Shown here: positions 8,019 through 17,494 of the stretch, piece after piece
How the letters are laid out: every line of letters starts with the position of its first letter
How positions within the stretch are numbered: position 1 is the stretch's first letter
Virus record (IMG/VR): IMGVR_UViG_3300008117_000001
DNA length: 64,000 nucleotides
Direction: 5' to 3' (one strand)
Origin: a virus
The notes under the pieces: model-generated
Told to the model about the DNA's origin: nothing
The model's database searches: none
What the model saw: the letters and a program-made list of their open reading frames with translations, nothing else
Made by a program: the position numbers and the translations under genes

Positions 8019-11000
8019 TGTCCGAAGAACTTTTTCAAAGATTATCTAGATTAGTTAGTGCTACAACACATGGTCTTCTGAGAAAGAACACGGGTAGATC
8101 TGCTGGAATTGGCGAGTTCATGCTAAATGACCAGATGGCATCCGCAATTTACGGATCCGCAGATGACTTCATGCAGCAGCAAAAGCAATTTGAAGACCAG
8201 TATTACAGAATGCTGGCTGAGCCAGAAAATCTAAAACCTGGAATGGCAAATGTTGTTGATGTAGATCATATTCGTAAAATGGGCAAGATTGATTTCTCTT
8301 ATTTTAATTTTCAAGCCAAAAGAACTTTAATGGGGCAATATAGACAAAATGTTCTTCAGTTAGATAAGCTAATCTCTAATGTTGGCTTCCCAAGTATCAT
8401 GCTCCCGGAAGGAGCAAACGATGTCAGGCTTGGTGTGCTCTTTGATATAGATCAGAAAATGGAGCATCCTGTTTTTACAGTTCTAAATAAAATGATATTC
8501 AACGTTGACCCAATGTCGGAATCTATATCTGACATGACATTTAATACGCAAAACATTATGTCCTCTTCTCAAATACAGAGAAATATGGCGCAAATGTCTG
8601 CTCTTTCTAATGGGACGCTTTTTACTCAAACATCAAAGATAGCAACCATAGACATTGAATCTACAGGTTTAATGTTTGGTTCTCAGGCTAGATCTCTATC
8701 CCTAATACAAAGAACTGGCCTAGATGCTGCAGCTGGACAGATATCGGCTCCTGGTTTTGAGGATATAGATTTTATGTTTCGCTCTCCAAGATTATCTGGA
8801 GTATTGGCAAGTGAAAGCATGACGTTAACTGATTTCATAGCTAAACAAGAAGGTTTCGCTGAAACAGGAAATATTATTGGAAATGAAGATGAATTCATGG
8901 AAAAGATGACAAAGCTATTTGGTTATCTTTCTGATGAAAACAATGTAGATTTCCTTACTGGACACAATATTGGTTATGACATCAATACCCTTCTTGATAC
9001 CACTAGATCAATGAAAGGGTATGGTCAAAATAAAGCTTTAAATACAGTTGTTGATAAATTCTTAGATAGAGTAAATAACAATCCGACCTTTATGGTAGAC
9101 ACACTTGAAATTGGTCGTCAATATATGAGGAACATATTACAAGAGAATATGGATCCACAATTAGACTCTATAGCAAGGGGTCAGCAGTTTATTAAAAGCT
9201 TTTTTGCAGAGGAAACATTAGCTGATATTTCTCGTGGCGGAAAAGCAACATACGCTGCTATGGAAAACTTTATTATGAATACAAATCTATTAGACTTAGT
9301 AGCCGCTGAAGATCATGCTCCAGCTGTCTTTGAAAAAATATTTGGCGGTTCACACGTCGCTGAGACCGACACAATGTTGCAGGACTACATGTTAAAATAT
9401 ATTCATCAAGGTAAATTGGATTTTCGTAAACAGCATTCAACAGTTCAAGGCAAAAAGATATCTGAAGAAGCAATTAATATTGCAAGATTAACAGCATTAA
9501 AATCTTCGGCTATTGTTCCAGAAGCAAACATATCTGATCCACAACAATTATCTCAAGCAGCCCTTAGGTATATTCAAACAGATGAGGGTTTGACCGGCGC
9601 AAGAGTAATGATTACAGCAGAACAGGCAAAAGCTTCTTTTGGCATAGAGAGCCTTGGTAAAGCATTGGATGAACTCGGCGCAGAACAAGAGGTTCAGTCT
9701 GGCTTCATAAAGTATGATAAAGGATCATATAGGATTTTTACTGGAGCAGGAAATCCAATAGAACTAGATAATGCGCAAGCTAAAACATATTTAAGAGACG
9801 TTATAACTAAAGCTCAAGATAGTAGTTATGAACAAGTTGTCAACTTAAATGCCTCTGCGCTAAGAATTAATCCTTTTGAAAAACAAATAATGAGTCTTGG
9901 CTTAACAAGAAGAGAGAACTCCAATATCCTAATAGCACAACATCTCATAGATCAAATAGGGATGCCAACAAATATTGGATCTGTAGATGTAGATTCTTAT
10001 ATTCATAATGTTGGTAATTTCTATGAAAACTTTGCAGATAATCCAAGGGTAATTGGCGATCCTGCAGGCGGAAAAATTAGAAGCGCAATGCAGCAGGTAG
10101 CATCATTAATGAATCCTAAGCCCACATTTTCAATGGGATTCAATATGAATGCACGATCTGCATCTGAAATATTGGCAGAATATGTTTCTCATGGCCAGAC
10201 AATGTCTGGATTGGGAATGGCTAATGCAATTTTTAGTCCAACCGAACTTGCATTTGGAGATTTAATGTCAAGAGCAACCGCTGGCGTGGCTAGAGGTAGA
10301 ATGGGCTCTTTGGATCCACAAGTTAACCCTCTGCCAGATAAGGAAAGTGCAATCTTAAGAAGCTCTATGCGTTACGCAGCATCTCAAGAAATAGGGGATG
10401 TCGTTTCTCAATTTGGTATAACTCACTTCCAATTCCAAGATACTCTAAGAATCATGGAATCCCAGACACAGAAATCGCTAGGAAAAAAGCTAATACTGCC
10501 ATATGAATATTTTAAGTCAATTGAATTAGCATCAGATTCAGGCGCTGCTAACATGGGCGAGGCTATAGCTCAAGGCAAAGTTAATATGTCTTTAAGCTAT
10601 GTTAATAAAACTATATCCAGTCCTGATACTGGTCAAGATGTGGTGCATAATATACTAAACTTAACATGGCAAGAGGGTAGGGATGATTCTGGCCTTACAT
10701 CAAGGAGAATAGCAGAAAAGTTATATGAAGATTTTATTGAAACAGATAATTATAAAAATATTATCAAAGAACCAGGCGACCGTTTAAGAAGTGAAATAGA
10801 AAACTTAAAAACTCTTTTTTCCGGCAAAACGCCAGAAGCTAGAGAGTCTGCAATTCTAGAATTAGAAGGATTAGCTAAAAGAGGCATCGTTGCAGGCTAC
10901 ATGCAAGACACAGGAGCATATAGCCCAATAGCAAAACTGGTTCAGAATGCTGGATCTATGGGCGTAGATCTCACTAGAGATACTGGCAACAAAATGCTTG

Positions 11001-11551
11001 GCAATATAATAGATGATTCTACCGGTGTGCTTAGAGCATTTTTCTTTGACGAAACCACGGCAAGAGCCACCACTCCAAGTGGAACTACTTTTACCAGGAA
11101 TATGCATGCAATCGCTAAGGCATCAGTAAAGGGAGCTAACGACGTTGCCGAAAGGTTATCTGGTGATAGCGATTTATTAAAAACCGCTATGCAAAATATT
11201 AAAGCTGGAACTAGAAAACAGGATATTTCAAAAAGCGTTGAAGTATATAACAATATTAAGCCCCACGCTGGGTTAATCGCATTGGGTGCAGCAGCCATGA
11301 TTGGTGGTTACTATTTAACCAAGAAGAAAGATGAAAGAGATTTATACAACGAAACGCTTGAGCAGCAGCCTGTAGAAACATATAATCAAAATAACGTTAT
11401 AAACGCCTACACATCATCTATAACATCTTTACCTTCCTCAAGAAGGGATCCACTGGTAACAGCTGGAGTTGTTGGTAATTTAGATAGAAATAAAATTGGA
11501 CACACAAAAATGGGAAATAACAAATACAATCACCTTTATGGAGGACAGTAA
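8018..11551 (+). CDS. Large putative ejected/virion protein with DEDDh (DnaQ-like) 3'-5' exonuclease domain and C-terminal membrane helix
   Basis: ExoI DIESTG (D212,E214), ExoII GHNIGYD (D321), ExoIII HVAETD (H446,D451); AGLIALGAAAMIGGYYLTKKKD near C-terminus. Confidence 0.75.
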   Translation: MSEELFQRLSRLVSATTHGLLRKNTGRSAGIGEFMLNDQMASAIYGSADDFMQQQKQFEDQYYRMLAEPENLKPGMANVVDVDHIRKMGKIDFSYFNFQAKRTLMGQYRQNVLQLDKLISNVGFPSIMLPEGANDVRLGVLFDIDQKMEHPVFTVLNKMIFNVDPMSESISDMTFNTQNIMSSSQIQRNMAQMSALSNGTLFTQTSKIATIDIESTGLMFGSQARSLSLIQRTGLDAAAGQISAPGFEDIDFMFRSPRLSGVLASESMTLTDFIAKQEGFAETGNIIGNEDEFMEKMTKLFGYLSDENNVDFLTGHNIGYDINTLLDTTRSMKGYGQNKALNTVVDKFLDRVNNNPTFMVDTLEIGRQYMRNILQENMDPQLDSIARGQQFIKSFFAEETLADISRGGKATYAAMENFIMNTNLLDLVAAEDHAPAVFEKIFGGSHVAETDTMLQDYMLKYIHQGKLDFRKQHSTVQGKKISEEAINIARLTALKSSAIVPEANISDPQQLSQAALRYIQTDEGLTGARVMITAEQAKASFGIESLGKALDELGAEQEVQSGFIKYDKGSYRIFTGAGNPIELDNAQAKTYLRDVITKAQDSSYEQVVNLNASALRINPFEKQIMSLGLTRRENSNILIAQHLIDQIGMPTNIGSVDVDSYIHNVGNFYENFADNPRVIGDPAGGKIRSAMQQVASLMNPKPTFSMGFNMNARSASEILAEYVSHGQTMSGLGMANAIFSPTELAFGDLMSRATAGVARGRMGSLDPQVNPLPDKESAILRSSMRYAASQEIGDVVSQFGITHFQFQDTLRIMESQTQKSLGKKLILPYEYFKSIELASDSGAANMGEAIAQGKVNMSLSYVNKTISSPDTGQDVVHNILNLTWQEGRDDSGLTSRRIAEKLYEDFIETDNYKNIIKEPGDRLRSEIENLKTLFSGKTPEARESAILELEGLAKRGIVAGYMQDTGAYSPIAKLVQNAGSMGVDLTRDTGNKMLGNIIDDSTGVLRAFFFDETTARATTPSGTTFTRNMHAIAKASVKGANDVAERLSGDSDLLKTAMQNIKAGTRKQDISKSVEVYNNIKPHAGLIALGAAAMIGGYYLTKKKDERDLYNETLEQQPVETYNQNNVINAYTSSITSLPSSRRDPLVTAGVVGNLDRNKIGHTKMGNNKYNHLYGGQ

Positions 11552-11553
11552 TA

Positions 11554-12420
11554 ATGCCAGTTAATTTGTCTTCTTTGGGAAAAAGAGTTAAATCATATAT
11601 TGATGATACAGTGAGGCCAGTCGCTCAAAGCAGTCGAGCAAGAGCATCTACTGCGACCGCAGGAATTCGTGGCAGAGCAAAGCAAACATTTGATGATGTG
11701 TCTGAATCAGTTGGAAAAAGATTGGACGAAGAATTTATTCCAAAGTTAGAAGGAACAGCTGAAGCCTTTTCTCAGGGTCGAAGTGGAAGGGCTGTTCGTG
11801 GGGCAGCATCTGGATTAGGTGGAGCTTTGAGTAAAGTCGCTTCAAGTAAGGCTGGCATAGCTGGAGTAGCCATTGGCGCTGGTGCAGTTGGATTTGGATC
11901 TTCCATTGGACAGCCAATAAAAGACGCAGCCTTTGAAGCTGCATTTGACGATACCGAAGCAGATAGATACTTTACTGGAAGAGATTTGGATGCAAGATTT
12001 TTAGCTGGCAGTTTGATGGGTGGAGTTGGTGGCGGTTTGCTGCAAGCTAGTGCGCCCGGAGATTACTTTGCTGCAAACCCGCCAATAAATTCTGATACAT
12101 TTGCAGCCTCAATAGTTGCAGCTAGAACAGCTACAGGCCCAGTTACTGGAACCATGGGGGCAGCAGCAGGAGCGTTCCTTGGTTCTGGTTTTGGAAAAAC
12201 TGGTTCTAAAATAGGAAAAGTTGGTGGCGGACTAGTTGGCGGTGTTGTTGGCGCAAACCTTGGGATCCTTTTGCCTGCTCTTGGTGTCGGAGCATACATG
12301 AATAATAATAGAGAATTCTTTCAAAACTCTCCGTATTCTTCCACCAGGTCTACACAAAGCGCGCTAAATGCTAGCGGAGATATAGTTCTCGGAATGCATA
12401 ACTCAAGAAGAGGTTACTAA
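11554..12420 (+). CDS. Gly/Ala-rich membrane-type protein, putative ejected protein
   Basis: Several Gly-zipper hydrophobic stretches; ends ASGDIVLGMHNSRRGY. Confidence 0.7.
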   Translation: MPVNLSSLGKRVKSYIDDTVRPVAQSSRARASTATAGIRGRAKQTFDDVSESVGKRLDEEFIPKLEGTAEAFSQGRSGRAVRGAASGLGGALSKVASSKAGIAGVAIGAGAVGFGSSIGQPIKDAAFEAAFDDTEADRYFTGRDLDARFLAGSLMGGVGGGLLQASAPGDYFAANPPINSDTFAASIVAARTATGPVTGTMGAAAGAFLGSGFGKTGSKIGKVGGGLVGGVVGANLGILLPALGVGAYMNNNREFFQNSPYSSTRSTQSALNASGDIVLGMHNSRRGY

Positions 12421-12422
12421 TT

Positions 12423-13853
12423 ATGTCCATGATGTATACAGGTGACATGGGTGAAATTGGACCCCTTAATGAATCAACATTTATAGATACTCCAGATACT
12501 CCACTCGGATTTAGAATGATGGAGCATTTGCCAGGATTCAGTACATCCATAGCATTTGGTTCAATGAGAGGTTCAAACACCATGATGTATGGTGGATTTA
12601 TGGATGATCTTGGAGATCCGCAAAAAGTATTAAGCGCAAGACGACAAAAAAGACTAGCAAAAAGAGCCTCTAAACATAGAATCATGGTCGGCGGACAACT
12701 GTCCGGTGCGTCAAATTCTCATTTTGTTGGTTCAGCATCAAGAACTGCAAGTGCCCGCGCAGCTGGAAAAACGCCATTTTTAAGATCATCCAGAGTTAAC
12801 AATATAACAGCAAATCCTAGAGCTTTTTTTAGAGCACACTCTCAAAGCATTTTTGCTACAGAAAAAGCTGGCGCATATTCAATGTTTGGTGGTTATAAAA
12901 TGTTGAACAATAAATACGGTGAACGTTTAGCATCTAAAATTATGAGCGCTGATTTAATGGAGGGCGAAAAAGCTTTTGGTCCAGGCCTTCTTTCTGGAAT
13001 ATCAGCTGGAGTTAAAACAGACGCCTTAGAAAGAAGAGCCATGAAAGGTTCCTCTAGGGCAGCAGCAAAATTATCAAGAGTAGACAATGCAACTGCCTCA
13101 ATGCTGAGAATGAATAATCCAGCGTTGGCTTCAAAATTTGTAGCACCGACATTAGGGTCTTCTGGTGGGGTGGCAACTTTGAGTAATCAAATAGTTGGCG
13201 CATCTTATGGTCAAGTTGGAGCGATGGGAGTTAGGGGTAACTTACAAGCCTCTGCATTAACAGGTGCAGCTACAGGCTTTATGGCAGGATACTCTAGAGG
13301 AGCGCTAGGGTTTGGCGGTACTAGTGGCTTAAGCGGTAGAGCAGCACAAGGTGCTCGGGCCGCAGAAAGCGCTTTTGCTAGCGCAGTTAAATCATTTGGA
13401 GACGATGGGGTAAAGTTAGCAAGTGGACAAGTTTTAAAGGGTGCTGATGAAGCAGTAGCATTCCTGCGATCTACTGGTGGAGGAAAATTCTTTTCCCAAG
13501 TTGGAGCAAAGACAGCCCTAAAATTAGGCGGTAAAGGCGCAGCTGGAATGCTGGCAATGAGAGGTGCAGCACTGGCTATTCCTGGACTTCAAGTTGTTGC
13601 AGCTGCATCTTTAGCATACGATCTTGCTAAAATGGGTGGAGAGTTAGTTAAGAGTGGAATTAATTTTACGAGAGATGCCAATAAATCTTTACAAGGATCA
13701 ATAGCTAAACCTACATTTGGAATGGGATATAGGGATACTGAAGCGGCTGCTACATCAAGAGCTAGAGGGGTTCAGGCAATACAAAACTCTAGACTTAATG
13801 CTAGAAGTATGCTTGGGACAGAAGGCGCAATGATGGCTGCGCATTATGGATGA
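12423..13853 (+). CDS. Gly/Ala-rich basic protein directly upstream of TerL, putative ejected/pilot protein
   Basis: Tape-measure-like composition; hydrophobic AALAIPGLQVVAAASLAY; ATGA-coupled to TerL. Confidence 0.7.
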   Translation: MSMMYTGDMGEIGPLNESTFIDTPDTPLGFRMMEHLPGFSTSIAFGSMRGSNTMMYGGFMDDLGDPQKVLSARRQKRLAKRASKHRIMVGGQLSGASNSHFVGSASRTASARAAGKTPFLRSSRVNNITANPRAFFRAHSQSIFATEKAGAYSMFGGYKMLNNKYGERLASKIMSADLMEGEKAFGPGLLSGISAGVKTDALERRAMKGSSRAAAKLSRVDNATASMLRMNNPALASKFVAPTLGSSGGVATLSNQIVGASYGQVGAMGVRGNLQASALTGAATGFMAGYSRGALGFGGTSGLSGRAAQGARAAESAFASAVKSFGDDGVKLASGQVLKGADEAVAFLRSTGGGKFFSQVGAKTALKLGGKGAAGMLAMRGAALAIPGLQVVAAASLAYDLAKMGGELVKSGINFTRDANKSLQGSIAKPTFGMGYRDTEAAATSRARGVQAIQNSRLNARSMLGTEGAMMAAHYG

Positions 13854-15712
13854 TTATGAGTATATTTACAAAAACACAAGAATTTAGAAACGCTTTAGAA
13901 AAACTCTCTAGAGAAGATTTGCTTGATATTATTCGAATTCAAGATCCTGAGTTAATTAAGCAGGTTAATAGAATTGAATGGGTATTTGAAAATAAACTAT
14001 CTCATTTAGCTTGGAATGATGGAACTCCTGTTTTGGAAAGAAGAATGACGAATAGGGAATTAGCCCTTTTAATTGATGAGCCATTTGAAGTCGATTTGGA
14101 TTTATTGGCAGATGGAATTAGTGCGGAGCATCAAAGACAGCTGCATGTTTCTAAGGATCCAGTTGTTTGGGCAAAACAATTTCTAGAAGCAAATTTGCGT
14201 GTATATCAAATTCTCATATTGCGTGATCCATCTTTAAGAAAAGTATTAAGAGCTGGTCGTCGTTTAGGTAAGACATTCAGCTTGGCAGTGCAGCTGTTGC
14301 ACTACAGCTATACGCACAAAGATGGTAGATCATTAGTTATTGCGCCAATGAAAACTCAAGTTGAACTGATTTATCAGGAAATATTAAGAATTGCTTCTAA
14401 GAATGAAGTAGTGATGAATTCTATAACAAGAAAAGTCACAAGCCCTCAGTTTATGATTCAATTCTCCAACGGTTCAACTATTAGATTCTTTACCTCTGGA
14501 ATGAAAAGCGGAGGCAAGTCTGACGTTGCTCGTGGTCAGGAAGCTCATCTTATTATTCTTGATGAAATGGACTACATGCATGCAGATGACCTTGACGCTC
14601 TGTACGCCATGTTGCAGAAAACCGCAGAAGATCAGCCAGATAAAGTTATGATCGGCGCTTCTACGCCAACTGGCCGTAGAGAAAGATTTTGGGAATGGTG
14701 TAGATCGCCTAGGTTTACCGAATTTTGGTTTCCCTCATATTGCAACCCATATTTTTCTAAGGAGCAAGAAGAAGAGTTCCGGGAACAATATTCGCCAAGT
14801 GGATATCGACACGAAATTGAAGCCGACTGGGGCGAAGACTCAGAAGGTGTATATCCTAGAAAATTTGTTGACAGAGCTTTTATTTCGCCAGCATGGGATT
14901 ATATACCTGAAATAACTTCAGCCAGATCTTTCCATACTATAGGCGTTGACTGGGACAAATATGGTGCTGGAACAAATATTGTGGTTGTCGAAGTATGCTC
15001 TGATAATTATGAAGAATCTAGATTTAGAGGTAAAACAAAAATCTGTTATAGAGAAGAGATAGCTAGATCTGAATATACTTTAACTAAAGCAGTTGATAGA
15101 ATTATTGAACTAAATGAAAGATTTAATCCTAAACATATTTATGTTGACCGCGGATACGGCGAAGTGCAGGTAGAGCTGTTAAAAAAGTATGGAGTCGAAA
15201 ATCCTAGATCTGGCTTAAAAGAAAAAATAAAAGGAGTTGCATTTGGCGAGAGTATAGATGTCAGAGATCCTTATACGAAGTTGATGATCAAAAAAGAAAT
15301 GAAACCATTTATGGTTGATAATCTTCGTCAATTTTTAGAAAAAGAAAAACTAATGATTCCAGATTCTGATGAAGAACTATATATGCAATTAATATCTTAC
15401 GTTGTGGTTAGAACAACGCAAACTGGTCGACCCGTTTTTGAGGCAGCCGGATCAGCAATGGACCATGCTCATGATGCTTTGATGTTAGCGCTTTTAGCTA
15501 TTACTCAAAATTATGGCGAGTTTTCACAAGCGCATTATGCAACAAATACTGAAAGTTTTTCTAATCATTTTTTTGTTCCAGATACTAAAAAAATAGATAA
15601 AGAAGATGATGAAAAAAATAAAATTGTGATTACAGGACGGGCTGACGCATTGAATCCGTCGAAAGGTTTTCGTAGATCTACTTCTACAAAAAGAGTTAGA
15701 AGGATGTTTTAA
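13850..15712 (+). CDS. terL: Terminase large subunit
   Basis: RAGRRLGKT Walker A, LIILDEMD Walker B, ASTP coupling motif, RNase H-like nuclease IGVDW / YVDRGYG / DHAHDA. Confidence 0.93.
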   Translation: MIMSIFTKTQEFRNALEKLSREDLLDIIRIQDPELIKQVNRIEWVFENKLSHLAWNDGTPVLERRMTNRELALLIDEPFEVDLDLLADGISAEHQRQLHVSKDPVVWAKQFLEANLRVYQILILRDPSLRKVLRAGRRLGKTFSLAVQLLHYSYTHKDGRSLVIAPMKTQVELIYQEILRIASKNEVVMNSITRKVTSPQFMIQFSNGSTIRFFTSGMKSGGKSDVARGQEAHLIILDEMDYMHADDLDALYAMLQKTAEDQPDKVMIGASTPTGRRERFWEWCRSPRFTEFWFPSYCNPYFSKEQEEEFREQYSPSGYRHEIEADWGEDSEGVYPRKFVDRAFISPAWDYIPEITSARSFHTIGVDWDKYGAGTNIVVVEVCSDNYEESRFRGKTKICYREEIARSEYTLTKAVDRIIELNERFNPKHIYVDRGYGEVQVELLKKYGVENPRSGLKEKIKGVAFGESIDVRDPYTKLMIKKEMKPFMVDNLRQFLEKEKLMIPDSDEELYMQLISYVVVRTTQTGRPVFEAAGSAMDHAHDALMLALLAITQNYGEFSQAHYATNTESFSNHFFVPDTKKIDKEDDEKNKIVITGRADALNPSKGFRRSTSTKRVRRMF

Positions 15713-17493
15713 TGAGTGATATAGGCGTAAATTCTCAAGAGCAGTATTCTGAAGTTTCTAATAATATTTATGGAGACTACAAATTCCAAGATTCTTTATT
15801 CACAAATCCCACTGGCGCAACCGCTTACAAAGCCGTAGGCAGAAATGCATATAACAGAAATGCGGATACAAGCATAAAACAGGCATATTCAATACCTATA
15901 GATTTTGTTAAAAGAGAAGCAGAATCTGCTCAAATTCTTATAACTGATACAATTAATGATATTGAAAACCTAATGAAGAAGGTTTATATAAATCCGAATA
16001 TCAATAATGATCTTTTGGTTGCGCATCAAAATCTTTGGGATGAATTACATAAAAATTTATATACAACACAACCTCAAGCTGTTTCTGTTTACAATAATCG
16101 CGTTATAGATTCATTGAAAATAAATTCAGTTCAAAATTTACCACAGTCAAATGGAATTGACATATCTGAAAAAGACTTACAGGAATCTGATGGCATAGTA
16201 ACAATTCTGCCATTTCCACCCCCAAGCAGCGATGCCTATAAGGATAGAAAAGATGAAATGGTTAAAGTCAGAATCCCAATTCCTGGTCACATTAATTTTG
16301 AAGAAATAAACTTTGCAGAAAAAATTAATTCAACTACTTCAAGAAAGTTTTTGGAAGAATTTTATTATGCAATAGCACACTCTACCTTTTCGTATTTTTT
16401 GCAATTCAGAAAATTATTAAAGTCTCTTCAAAGAGAAGTATATTCAATACAGTTATCTTTAAATCAAGATTTTAGGGAGGTTTATGAAAATGAACTACAG
16501 CAAAAAGTCGCAGCACACTACGACGCATGGTGCAAAACGGCAAAACATTATTCGAGCAGGATTGCAAAAACAATCATATCCAAACCAGGAGCGATTCCTT
16601 CAACCGAATTGGATAAAATCTCAAAAGAACATGCCGCTAAATTCCAAGCTTTTTTTGCGATTAAATTAAACGCTGTAGATTCTGAAATAGAGGATATATT
16701 ACAATCTCTTAAGAGAGATTTGGAAGAAAATTCTCTAATTTTTTATACAAGATATTTAGCTCCAGGTTTAAAGTTTTCCTCTGAAATAGGAAGTCCTTTT
16801 GATTTGGACTATCAAACAACTTCTTTCAAAAAGAGATTTCCATTTTTAACCGAGGAAATGTTAATAGCTTCAGCGCTTTTAAAAGGAAACTTTACCTCTA
16901 TTATGGCTGATGTTGTTGATAGGCATCATATTGTTATGGGCAAGACAGACGCCCTAATGCAGCTAATTCATGAGAAAAGAAAATATGCGAACTATATATC
17001 TCAGCTTTCCATAAAAGGTTTACCAAAACCTAACGTTTTATTAAATGTTACTAATGACGTTTATGCTCAGATTTTTAGTGGAGCAATGATTAGTTTAACT
17101 AGAAAAGATACGCTTAAATCTGATCACCAGCTTTTATCTGGATTGGACGAGAATGATCATCCTCAATATCTTTTAAGAGACGGTGGACAAATTATTGGTG
17201 ATATACAAGTCGCAGAAGGCATTACTATAGACGGCGTAGATCTCAGTGATCACGCTCATACTGGTGCGGATGGATCCAGAAAAATATCTTCACTTGATAT
17301 TGATTACGGTTTAGCTAGAAGCTCAGATTATGCACAAGATGCTGCTAAAAAACCTGTGTCTGTTAGCGTTGGTCAATTTAATGTAGACATTGTTAATGGC
17401 CTGCCTAGATGCGATGCGGTTATAAATATAGAAGTAACTGATGATATAATAGATAATTATGAATATGAAATTATTTATACGGAAGTAAATTAA
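15712..17493 (+). CDS. Virion structural protein
   Basis: Helical N-terminal part; C-terminal fibre-type DHPQYL...DGVDLSDHAH motif; coupled to TerL. Confidence 0.65.
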   Translation: MSDIGVNSQEQYSEVSNNIYGDYKFQDSLFTNPTGATAYKAVGRNAYNRNADTSIKQAYSIPIDFVKREAESAQILITDTINDIENLMKKVYINPNINNDLLVAHQNLWDELHKNLYTTQPQAVSVYNNRVIDSLKINSVQNLPQSNGIDISEKDLQESDGIVTILPFPPPSSDAYKDRKDEMVKVRIPIPGHINFEEINFAEKINSTTSRKFLEEFYYAIAHSTFSYFLQFRKLLKSLQREVYSIQLSLNQDFREVYENELQQKVAAHYDAWCKTAKHYSSRIAKTIISKPGAIPSTELDKISKEHAAKFQAFFAIKLNAVDSEIEDILQSLKRDLEENSLIFYTRYLAPGLKFSSEIGSPFDLDYQTTSFKKRFPFLTEEMLIASALLKGNFTSIMADVVDRHHIVMGKTDALMQLIHEKRKYANYISQLSIKGLPKPNVLLNVTNDVYAQIFSGAMISLTRKDTLKSDHQLLSGLDENDHPQYLLRDGGQIIGDIQVAEGITIDGVDLSDHAHTGADGSRKISSLDIDYGLARSSDYAQDAAKKPVSVSVGQFNVDIVNGLPRCDAVINIEVTDDIIDNYEYEIIYTEVN

Positions 17494-17494
17494 T

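Noticed and set aside
11554-13853. Holin/lysis cassette
   Set aside because: Proteins are too large and Gly-zipper/tape-like, with no endolysin nearby
3303-15712. Inteins or introns in RecA, Clp ATPase or TerL
   Set aside because: Normal lengths, contiguous motifs, no intein or homing endonuclease signatures
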